Source: a virus
Lineage: Duplodnaviria; Caudoviricetes
Reading direction: 5' to 3' (one strand)
Length of the DNA stretch: 33,539 bases
IMG/VR virus record: IMGVR_UViG_3300020220_000189
Coordinates: 1-33,539 of that record
The notes below the pieces were generated by a model. It was not told the origin of the DNA. It was given only the letters and a program-made list of their open reading frames with translations, and made no database searches. Shown in pieces: positions 26,910 to 33,539 of the stretch. Position numbers and translations under genes: made by a program. Within the stretch, counting starts at the first letter, position 1. Every line of letters begins with the position of its first letter.

Positions 26910-27261
26910 TTACCCCCTGCCTGCATATACTGGGATCGACCCCGCGCCTCCGTTGTTCGCAATAATCGATCAGTATCCTTACCATCTGCAGTAGCTCCTC
27001 TTGCTTTCCATACCTTTCCTCGAACCTTGTCTTCCAGGGATGCACTGCTATGAGGCCGGGGATCCCAGTTCCTTCCTGATGATGACCGGCACAAAGGGGC
27101 AGGATTTCGAAGTGCGCTCCCGGTTTCGTTCTGCCGTTGATGTGGTGGATTGATACCTCCATCACCACGCGCCCTTCAAGCAGACAGGCTATGCACCCAA
27201 TCGATGCCGCCTTGTCCATGAACTCCTGCTCCGCTCTTGTCGGCGTTCTCCCTTTCATCAT
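26890..27261 (-). CDS. Ref-like (RecA-dependent) HNH nuclease
   Basis: GCIAC...IHHI.GR....AHF..LPLC..HHQ...VHP.K.RFE.RYG pattern; start moved to MMKGRTPT. Confidence 0.75.
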   Translation of the reverse strand: MMKGRTPTRAEQEFMDKAASIGCIACLLEGRVVMEVSIHHINGRTKPGAHFEILPLCAGHHQEGTGIPGLIAVHPWKTRFEERYGKQEELLQMVRILIDYCEQRRRGVDPSICRQGVIEKMAG

Positions 27262-27289
27262 CTCACTCCAAAGTATTTCCTTGCCTGGC

Positions 27290-27442
27290 TTACCAATACT
27301 GCTTCCACTCATCCCATGCGTCCCGGACACACAAGACCGCATTGATGGCGGCTTCCGCTACTCGCCCGAGAACTCCTTCGAATAAAGCCGGATCGTCGTA
27401 CCAATCCGGGCCCCAAATCCACTCCTTCAGCCATTTCAACAT
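27290..27442 (-). CDS. 50-aa Trp-rich small protein
   Basis: CAGGAGG RBS; MLKWLKEWIWGPDWYDDPALFEGVLGRVAEAAINAVLCVRDAWDEWKQYW*; fills an otherwise empty gap. Confidence 0.6.
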   Translation of the reverse strand: MLKWLKEWIWGPDWYDDPALFEGVLGRVAEAAINAVLCVRDAWDEWKQYW

Positions 27443-27789
27443 GGTTTCGTTTCCTCCTGTATAGTTGCTATTCCTTTTGCGATCAGATCCCCGATCAATA
27501 GCTTTATAGGCCCGTTCATTGCCCAGGTCAGTTGCTCAAATGCTTCATCTTGGTCAATGCCGATTATCCGGTCAAGAGCCATCATCAGCATCTGTGCCCT
27601 TACCGTCGCTATCTTATGGGAATCTTCCAGGCTCCGGGACCGGTTGTCAAAATTGATCATCCACTTGTAGGGACTGCCGGTTTTGTGCAGAATCACTACC
27701 GGAACACCATTAGGGAAAAGACTTTGCATCCGTAGTACCATTTCAGGCTGTCCGGTTGTGTCTACCCATTTCAGGATCCCTTTTCTCAT
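27436..27789 (-). CDS. Hypothetical protein
   Basis: GGAGG RBS; coupled to AlpA gene. Confidence 0.6.
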   Translation of the reverse strand: MRKGILKWVDTTGQPEMVLRMQSLFPNGVPVVILHKTGSPYKWMINFDNRSRSLEDSHKIATVRAQMLMMALDRIIGIDQDEAFEQLTWAMNGPIKLLIGDLIAKGIATIQEETKPC

Positions 27790-28115
27790 AAAAGCACCTC
27801 CTCAGGTCTCTCTGGGCCAATGCTTCCTGATGGTTGCCTGTATCCTGGCTGGCACTCTGTAATTGTGATGGCGTCAGAGCTATCGTTTTCATGTGCTGTA
27901 TTCTCCTTCGCATTCAGTTTTTCTGCTACAGCGCGGATGTCCTCCTCGCGCCAGGCTGTCGTTCTGGGAGCAATGTTCACCGGCTTCGGATACGTCCCTT
28001 TACGTACCCCTGTATACCAGCTGGTTTTCGACACCGGGATAATTGCCGGGATATTCTCACGACGGTCGCCGATGATGTCTTTCAGACGCAGGAATCGAGG
28101 CATCTCATTATTCAT
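27786..28115 (-). CDS. AlpA-family regulator / probable excisionase
   Basis: FLRLKDIIG...IIPVSKTSWY.GV..G.YPKPV....RTTAWR. Confidence 0.85.
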   Translation of the reverse strand: MNNEMPRFLRLKDIIGDRRENIPAIIPVSKTSWYTGVRKGTYPKPVNIAPRTTAWREEDIRAVAEKLNAKENTAHENDSSDAITITECQPGYRQPSGSIGPERPEEVLL

Positions 28116-28336
28116 GCGGCCTCCATGCGATTGATGATGATTCGGGCCAGTACTCTTGCGGCTGCTTCGTCGCCGCTTTCGATGCCGTCAACCAGCACCA
28201 GATACAACTGCTCAAGCAGAGTACCGCTGCAGACGTTGCTCCACGCCTCACAGCGCCGCGCCATTTCGGCAAGAGAGCATATCATCAGCGCAAAACGCAG
28301 CGAATCCGTCATGTGGGTGTAGGTGTTGCACGACAT
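28112..28336 (-). CDS. Hypothetical protein
   Basis: Coupled in early operon. Confidence 0.55.
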   Translation of the reverse strand: MSCNTYTHMTDSLRFALMICSLAEMARRCEAWSNVCSGTLLEQLYLVLVDGIESGDEAAARVLARIIINRMEAA

Positions 28337-28338
28337 GA

Positions 28339-28590
28339 TCAGTTCTCCAGCTGGTTTGCCTCGTTTTCGGCGGCCTCAATTGCCTTTGCATGGCGATCCC
28401 GTTTCTTTTTGAGCCGGGCACTCACCTTGACAGCCAGCCTGAGTGTCTCAACGTGTGACCGCGTTCTGACTCTTTTTGCGACACCATCCTTCGTGATCGC
28501 TTCGCCGGGCTTGCTGTTCAATATTCTCGCAACTTCAGCAATAGTGCCCCGTTCCAGCCTGATTTCCTTTTTTCTCTTTTCGCTTGGCAT
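28339..28590 (-). CDS. Cro-like basic DNA-binding protein
   Basis: First gene of the leftward operon, divergent from the repressor; GTIAEVARIL helix. Confidence 0.55.
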   Translation of the reverse strand: MPSEKRKKEIRLERGTIAEVARILNSKPGEAITKDGVAKRVRTRSHVETLRLAVKVSARLKKKRDRHAKAIEAAENEANQLEN

Positions 28591-28642
28591 GATTCCTGTT
28601 ATCTTCTATTCGTATAGTCATTCAGTCGTCTTGATTTAAGAT

Positions 28643-28675
28643 TCAATATAATTGAGACATTTCCAAAATAATTGA
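28643..28675. promoter_or_regulatory. Candidate operator pair in the CI/Cro intergenic region
   Basis: TCAAT-ATA-ATTGA palindrome (28643-28655) and variant CCAAAATAATTGA (28663-28675), 20 bp apart. Confidence 0.4.
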
Positions 28676-28693
28676 ATCACTTTTTCAAAAAAA

Positions 28694-29035
28694 ATGGACG
28701 GGAAAAAATTCGTCGAAAGGCTTGAATTAGCGCTTAATGTCCAAGGGAACAACGAGTTAGCACGGTTGTTAGGCGGAACAGACACTACATATTCAAATTG
28801 GAGAACTGGATACTCTAAGCCAAAAGTTGATTTTTTGCTCAACGAAATTGGACTAAGAGGTATAAATATACACTGGCTTTTAACCGGAGAAGGCCGCATG
28901 TATTCGGAAAAACGGAATGCCATGCATGAATCTCCGGAAGAATACTGCGCCGGAAATATGGCCGATGTGGCTTCGGAAATCGGAAAACGGGTGATTGAAA
29001 TCTATGAGTTACTGAAAGGCAGGAAAAAAGAATAA
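28694..29035 (+). CDS. CI-like XRE HTH repressor lacking an S24 peptidase domain
   Basis: ELARLLG...TYSNW..G...P...INIHWLLTGEG.M. Confidence 0.85.
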   Translation: MDGKKFVERLELALNVQGNNELARLLGGTDTTYSNWRTGYSKPKVDFLLNEIGLRGINIHWLLTGEGRMYSEKRNAMHESPEEYCAGNMADVASEIGKRVIEIYELLKGRKKE

Positions 29036-29057
29036 CCTTTAAAATTGGGAAGCGGAT

Positions 29058-29390
29058 ATGGACACGATTAAATTTCTTGTTCAGGGCTCATCACTTGAGC
29101 CGTACCAGGTTGTTTTTACAAAAGAAGGAAATAACATCAATGCACAATGCTCTTGCCCTGCAAGTATTTACGGGCAATATTGCAAGCATCGGTTCGGAAT
29201 CCTTGCCGGCGAAACATCGGGAATTGTAAGTGGGAATATTGAACATATCCAAACCGTACTTCAGTGGCTGAAAGGTTCGGATATTGAGGAAGCAATGAAC
29301 ATCGTCGCCGCAGCAGAAGAGGAACTCGAAAGAGCAAAAAGAAAAGTGTCAGCAGCAAAAAAAAAGCTGGCAAAATCATTTACATCGTAA
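29058..29390 (+). CDS. SWIM zinc-finger protein
   Basis: VQGSS..PY.V...CSCPA...GQYCKH (CxC-x(n)-CxH). Confidence 0.8.
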   Translation: MDTIKFLVQGSSLEPYQVVFTKEGNNINAQCSCPASIYGQYCKHRFGILAGETSGIVSGNIEHIQTVLQWLKGSDIEEAMNIVAAAEEELERAKRKVSAAKKKLAKSFTS

Positions 29391-29397
29391 CGCAAAA

Positions 29398-29416
29398 GCC
29401 CGGCAGTTAGCCGGGC
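29398..29416. terminator. Hairpin between convergent genes
   Basis: GCCCGGC-AGTTA-GCCGGGC preceded by AAAA (U-tract on minus strand). Confidence 0.5.
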
Positions 29417-29448
29417 CTTGCATCGAATTCCCGATACCGGGAAAACGA

Positions 29449-29823
29449 TCACCATTCATCAATAAAATACTTTTTATACAGGTCGTACTGGACGCCGTTT
29501 TTGCCTGCCGGGCCTTTAGATTCGGAAGTCATAAGCTCTGCCTGCATTTTCTCGGTGATGATATAGCGCATTTCGATGATGTACACGAACTTCTCAAAGT
29601 CAGTATAGCCTCCAAAGGAGTTTTTCGCATTGAACATTCCACTTACCCAAGGAACCGGGCCGGAATGAAATTTCAGATACTTAAACTGCGCTGATGCTGG
29701 ATCTCTTAAAATGTCCCGAACAGCGGCTTTTGCCTCGATAAAGCTTTTCGGCTCAGCTGCGCCTACGGTCACAGGGAGCATGAACACCAGCATCGCTGCG
29801 GCTATCAATAATCTTGCTTTCAT
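29449..29823 (-). CDS. Exported small protein (moron-like)
   Basis: Signal peptide; LRDPASAQF...G..NAKNSFGGY motif; AGGAGG RBS. Confidence 0.75.
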   Translation of the reverse strand: MKARLLIAAAMLVFMLPVTVGAAEPKSFIEAKAAVRDILRDPASAQFKYLKFHSGPVPWVSGMFNAKNSFGGYTDFEKFVYIIEMRYIITEKMQAELMTSESKGPAGKNGVQYDLYKKYFIDEW

Positions 29824-29848
29824 CGCTTTCCTCCTTTGTTGTTGATCC

Positions 29849-31159
29849 TCAAAAAATTCCTGTCATTTCCCACTGCGAAGCGGCGACTTCTTTGCCGGTG
29901 AGTTTTTCAAGGTAGTCGGCCCACGCCTGCATCATGCGGGTGCGTTCATCGAGGTGTTTGGTGCGGTTGTAGGCTGAGCCAAGGCGGTCGGGAACTGCGT
30001 GCCCGAGCTGGGCCTCGATGGCGTCCGGTGAGAACCCCAAGGTTTCATGCAGCATAGTCCTGGCCGTGGCGCGGAACCCGTGTCCGGTTACGGTTTCAGG
30101 CCCCCAGCCCATTGTTCGAAGCGCATGGTTCACCGTGTTGCCGCTCATAACCCTCGACGCCGTTCTCCCTGGAAAAACGTGCCGACCGGATCCGGTGAAC
30201 CGGTGCAGCAGGGTGAGCACGCCTACGGTCTGCCGGGCAAGCGGTACGGTATGAACCTGTCCTTTCCGACGGGCCTTTTCCTTCAGGGTAAACTTCATCT
30301 GCTCGATCGGAATCTGCCAGACGGCCGCGCCCAGGTCGATATCCTGCCACATGGCATTCCGGAGTTCTCCGGGACGCACAAAAAGCAGGGGAGCAAGCTG
30401 CAGGGCGCAGCGGACAATAAAGGATCCGGTATACCGATCGATATCTACCAGCAGGCGCGCCAGCGTTTCAGGATCCAGAATTGCCGCCATACTTTTCACC
30501 GGCGGCTGCTTCAGCACGCGCGCAAGCCCGGCCGCCGGGTTGTTCACCACTCCCGGAATATCAGAGATGATGGCGAACGTAAACACCTGGCTGATGATCG
30601 TCTTGATCCTGTGGGCGCTCTCATATGCCTGGCGCGCCTCGACCAGCCGCAGGGCGCCGAGAACGTCCTTTGTGGTGATCTCCGATATCCGCATCGGGCC
30701 GAGTACCGGCAGGATATCGCGGTTCATCCTCGATCGGACCGTCCGGGCATGGCCGTCCGTCCACTCCGTCGATGCAACGTCAAGCCATTGGCGCGCCACC
30801 TTTCCGAACGTGTTCTCATCGATTTGCCGGGCAACGGCAACCGCACGGGCCTCGCGGCGGCGTTCCGAACTCGGGTTTATGCCCTGTGCAAGCAGTGCTC
30901 GAGCATCTGCACGTTTTGCGCGGGCCGCTTCCAGACTGACAGCTGGATAAGAGCCGAAAGACAAGAGGCCTGCTTTCCCGCCATGGCGAAACTTGAACCT
31001 CCACAGCTTTGACGCCGGCAACGGCTTGCCGTGCGGCGTGAACTTCAGTGGCGGAATGAATAGAAAAAGCCCGTCGCCGTCGAAAAGCGTGATGGCTTTC
31101 TCGCCGGCCTTCGCCGTCTCTATTTTCCGCGCCGAAAGCGGCGGGACTTTCTTAGGCAT
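29849..31159 (-). CDS. int: Tyrosine integrase, P4-like with N-terminal arm-binding domain
   Basis: DGDGLFL...WRFKFR..GK...SFG.YP.VSL..AR; VRPGELR, HGFRATART, QLGH, AYNR; start moved to MPKKVPPL. Confidence 0.95.
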   Translation of the reverse strand: MPKKVPPLSARKIETAKAGEKAITLFDGDGLFLFIPPLKFTPHGKPLPASKLWRFKFRHGGKAGLLSFGSYPAVSLEAARAKRADARALLAQGINPSSERRREARAVAVARQIDENTFGKVARQWLDVASTEWTDGHARTVRSRMNRDILPVLGPMRISEITTKDVLGALRLVEARQAYESAHRIKTIISQVFTFAIISDIPGVVNNPAAGLARVLKQPPVKSMAAILDPETLARLLVDIDRYTGSFIVRCALQLAPLLFVRPGELRNAMWQDIDLGAAVWQIPIEQMKFTLKEKARRKGQVHTVPLARQTVGVLTLLHRFTGSGRHVFPGRTASRVMSGNTVNHALRTMGWGPETVTGHGFRATARTMLHETLGFSPDAIEAQLGHAVPDRLGSAYNRTKHLDERTRMMQAWADYLEKLTGKEVAASQWEMTGIF

Positions 31160-31272
31160 GGGTATATCCTGAAACTCGATTTGCCGCAAAAACCGAAATG
31201 TCACCATAAAATATACCAAAACTGAGCGCACTTTACAATACCTTACCGCACCTCCTCGCACTCAAAAACAAA

Positions 31273-31300
31273 ATAAGCCCCTTATTTTTAAGGGGCTTAT
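31273..31300. terminator. 12-bp perfect hairpin downstream of the att core
   Basis: ATAAGCCCCTTA-TTTT-TAAGGGGCTTAT, followed by a T-rich run on the minus strand. Confidence 0.7.
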
Positions 31301-31333
31301 GATCCATATCGATAATTATAGTACGTCGTTTTC

Positions 31334-31354
31334 GTGGAGCTTAGGGGAGTCGAA
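31334..31354 (-). other. attP core: 3' end of tRNA-Ala (or tmRNA)
   Basis: TTCGACT CCCCT AAGCTCC A C = T-loop, T-stem 3' strand, acceptor 3' strand with U70 and A73; 5' part of the tRNA absent; adjacent to int. Confidence 0.8.
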
Positions 31355-31423
31355 GAGTGCTTTGGGGCGCGTGCTTTTATAAGATAAAGGGAAATGTTAT
31401 CCTAATACGTATCCCTATAAATT

Positions 31424-31612
31424 TTATTTTATTGTAGGATCTTTTTCTTGCCACGTCGCTTCAGCTGTCCAGTACTCGATAGTATCTAAAGTCATCTCGT
31501 CCTGGCGAGTAAGCTTCTGCGGGTTTCTGTAAACATACCAGCCGCCTTCATGCGGCGCGAATTCCGGGGGCTCGTGGTCAAAAAACGCTTTGCGGGGCTG
31601 AGTGCTTGCCAT
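31424..31612 (-). CDS. Small hypothetical protein at the end of the DGR operon
   Basis: 62 aa, 12 nt after the previous stop. Confidence 0.5.
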   Translation of the reverse strand: MASTQPRKAFFDHEPPEFAPHEGGWYVYRNPQKLTRQDEMTLDTIEYWTAEATWQEKDPTIK

Positions 31613-31624
31613 GGGGGTATCGTA

Positions 31625-31921
31625 TTAAGTTAGAGTGTAGTAGCGATTGATTTTCTTGATTTTTGCCGCAAACGGGATCTCGTTTTCATACTTGGTCATC
31701 TGGTCGATTATTACGTCTGATCCCGTAAAAACGACATGCTTTTGTCCATCAAGCATCACCTGAATCGTCAGGCATTTTCCGGATTTGCTTTTCTCTCCAT
31801 ACTTGGTGCTGGTGAATCGGCATCCGGTAATTATCAGCTCCTTGTTGAGCACGTCATCGATGCGGATCTTGTCACCATCCAGAATGTTCGGTGGCTCAGC
31901 GAAATCAGCGAATCGCTTCAT
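31625..31921 (-). CDS. 98-aa protein coupled to the RT; candidate non-Avd DGR accessory factor
   Basis: ATGA overlap with RT stop; MKRFADFAE...GDKIRIDDVLNKE...VFTGS.V...PF...I; appears beta-rich. Confidence 0.7.
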   Translation of the reverse strand: MKRFADFAEPPNILDGDKIRIDDVLNKELIITGCRFTSTKYGEKSKSGKCLTIQVMLDGQKHVVFTGSDVIIDQMTKYENEIPFAAKIKKINRYYTLT

Positions 31922-32973
31922 AGCAAGGCACCAGGAACCTTGCGCCCTGATCGAGCGCAAGCGCAAGCGGCAATTTTCTTGATGTAAGGCGTCATGTACG
32001 CCCGGCGAAGCCCAGAACAGTCCGCATCCTTCATCCATCCGTTGTAACTCATCAAGCCGTTGACAATCTTGGTTTCCGTCATGAAACTCCACGACCGTTC
32101 GATCTTGCGGATTTTCCGCTTGAAACCGGAGGCGATTGACTTCCTGAGCATGGTGTGTGACCGGAAGAACCGGAACCCGACAACATCGATACCGCGGTCG
32201 TCGATCGGGAACACCTGCCAGTTTCCTTTCATCTTCAGGTTCAGGCGGTCATTCAGGTACTGCTCGATATCATAGCGGAGCTGGTGCAGCGCGTCCTTGC
32301 ATTCACCGAAAATCACTATGTCGTCGCAGTATCGGTAGTAGTACTGGACCCGCTTCTCTTCTTTCATCCAATGGTCCAATTCGCAGAGATACAGGTTACC
32401 AAAAATCTGCGAGACGTAGTTCCCGATCGGAAGGCCCATGGTGCTATTGATGATCTCATCGAGCAGCCAAAGAAGTTCCGGATCTTTGATCTTCTTTCTG
32501 ACGATCCGTTTCATGATGTCGTTGTCCACTGACGGATAAAACTTGCGTACGTCTACCTTCAAGCAGAATGCCGTCCCTTTCGGATCATCATCAAGCGCCT
32601 TCCTGATCCGTCCTGCCGCCAGATGAACGCCCCGACCAGGCATGGACTGATAAGTATCCCTGATCATGGTGCTCAACCAGATGTTTTCGACGACGTTCAT
32701 AATTGCATGGTGGACAATTCTGTCCGGATAGTACGGGAGACGGTAAATTTCCCTGATCTTCTTTCCTTCCTGCCTCAAACTCACATCATACGGGCTGGTC
32801 TTGTACGTCTTCTCTCTGAGCATCTTCTGCAACGGACCAAGGTACTTTTCCGGGTTCCTGTTGATCCTCCTGACCTCGATGTAATGTGACTTATCACGCC
32901 TCGCCCTGATATGAGCCTGCCATAAGTTTTCCGGATCACAGATCTTCTTGTACAAGTTTCCGTATCGTTTCAT
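31918..32973 (-). CDS. DGR reverse transcriptase (351 aa)
   Basis: PYYPDRIVHHA, LKVDVRKFYPS, GLPIGNYVSQ (DGR-type GxxxSQ), YYRYCDD catalytic motif; no maturase or endonuclease domain. Confidence 0.95.
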   Translation of the reverse strand: MKRYGNLYKKICDPENLWQAHIRARRDKSHYIEVRRINRNPEKYLGPLQKMLREKTYKTSPYDVSLRQEGKKIREIYRLPYYPDRIVHHAIMNVVENIWLSTMIRDTYQSMPGRGVHLAAGRIRKALDDDPKGTAFCLKVDVRKFYPSVDNDIMKRIVRKKIKDPELLWLLDEIINSTMGLPIGNYVSQIFGNLYLCELDHWMKEEKRVQYYYRYCDDIVIFGECKDALHQLRYDIEQYLNDRLNLKMKGNWQVFPIDDRGIDVVGFRFFRSHTMLRKSIASGFKRKIRKIERSWSFMTETKIVNGLMSYNGWMKDADCSGLRRAYMTPYIKKIAACACARSGRKVPGALL

Positions 32974-32985
32974 TCTGCTTTTTTT

Positions 32986-33237
32986 TGCCCCATGACCTTC
33001 GTGTTACCTACCAGCCACTTGGGGCAGCTTATTGTTTCACCCAGTGGTGAGGATGCGATGCACCAAGAACACTTTTCTGTTTTGCAGCAGCTTTGCAGTG
33101 GCGCCCCTCGATATTCGAATTCGCATTCGATGAATCATTGTTCGTATTCAGATAGCAGAGCCTGGCATTCGAGCCATTGTTCGCATTGCCTCCGATTAAC
33201 GGAACCTGCCAGCCTGAGGCACAGTGCATCACACCCT
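32986..33237 (-). ncRNA. Predicted structured DGR template RNA (TR plus flanks)
   Basis: Stem 33223-33236/33051-33064 encloses TR; hairpin 33037-33050; stem 33020-33026/32986-32992. Confidence 0.6.
33095..33221 (-). repeat. DGR template repeat (TR), 127 bp
   Basis: Ungapped match to VR 33310-33436 with 23 mismatches, 22 of them at TR adenines; 33 adenines and 10 AAY codons in the target frame (hand count). Confidence 0.96.
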
Positions 33238-33303
33238 ATAAATCCGTTTTTGTTTTTCGTTTTACGGAGCCTACGCCCCGCGCGCCCCGCGCCTCGTGCC
33301 CGA

Positions 33304-33539
33304 TTAAAAGCAGAGGCGCCCCCCGATATTCGAAATCGCAATCGATGAAACATCGTACGCATACAGACAGCAGAGCCCGGCAAGCGAGCCAGCGCTCGCA
33401 CGGCCCCCGATACACGGAACCCGCCAGCCCGAGGCATAGTTGTAGTAGTCAGTGACTTTCGTCGTCGAGCCTGCTCCGACTGATCCCGGGAGCATACTGA
33501 TATTCTGCTGTAGAGCATTCTGCCACCCGCCCGATGTAG
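33304..33539 (-). CDS. DGR target protein, 3' end (continuation of 1..1160)
   Basis: ...YNYASGWRVPCIGGRASAGSLAGLCCLYAYDVSSIAISNIGGRLCF*; terminal IGGRL motif of CLec-type targets. Confidence 0.9.
   Translation of the reverse strand, partial: TSGGWQNALQQNISMLPGSVGAGSTTKVTDYYNYASGWRVPCIGGRASAGSLAGLCCLYAYDVSSIAISNIGGRLCF
33310..33436 (-). repeat. DGR variable repeat, allele B
   Basis: At the extreme 3' end of the target gene; adenine-specific divergence from TR. Confidence 0.96.

Larger units (their letters stand above)
1..33539. mobile_element. Complete temperate lambda-like (siphovirus-type) phage genome, circular/excised form, unit length about 33,361 bp
   Basis: 178-bp terminal overlap (1-178 vs 33362-33539); full set of integration, immunity, replication, packaging, head, tail and lysis modules; attP-like core without a complete host tRNA; no host genes seen. 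Confidence 0.93.

Noticed and set aside
31160-31261. N-terminal extension of the integrase in the ORF track
   Set aside because: Lies in the att arm region; the family-typical N-terminus begins at MPKKVPPL (31159)
31334-31354. Complete tRNA gene
   Set aside because: Only T-loop to discriminator is present; no D or anticodon arm upstream
31918-32973. Retron, group II intron or Abi-type RT
   Set aside because: GxxxSQ motif, size, lack of maturase domain and adjacent adenine-specific TR/VR pair identify a DGR RT
33029-33232. 67-aa Asn-rich ORF
   Set aside because: It is the translation of the TR, whose AAY codons explain the Asn richness; TR normally acts as RNA
33362-33539. Physical direct terminal repeat, or a second target gene
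   Set aside because: The repeat falls mid-gene, joins into one continuous reading frame on circularisation, and the phage has cos-type packaging genes; best explained as assembly overlap
1-33539. Stop-codon reassignment supported by the phage tRNA
   Set aside because: Anticodon is CCA, not a suppressor; genes are intact in code 11 and TGA, TAA and TAG all serve as stops

Overview
The window is an apparently complete, circularly permuted temperate tailed-phage genome of about 33,361 bp. Positions 1-178 repeat at 33362-33539. Almost all genes are on the minus strand. Modules: P4-type tyrosine integrase with a tRNA-3'-end attP core; CI/Cro-like switch; AlpA; Ref-like nuclease; C5 DNA methyltransferase; two Gp37/Gp68 (DUF5131) paralogues; replication initiator with internal iteron-like repeats; lambda-like cos, terminase and portal; fused protease-capsid; non-contractile tail module with a G/GT -1 frameshift and an embedded tRNA-Trp; holin/endolysin/spanin lysis cassette. 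The most notable element is a diversity-generating retroelement (DGR) ordered target/VR - TR - RT - small ORF, with no recognisable avd. The assembly breaks inside its variable repeat and captures two VR alleles that differ almost only at TR adenines, which points to recent or ongoing mutagenic retrohoming. A G·U-containing long-range stem encloses the TR. All calls come from manual reading of the sequence and the ORF track; no database searches were run.
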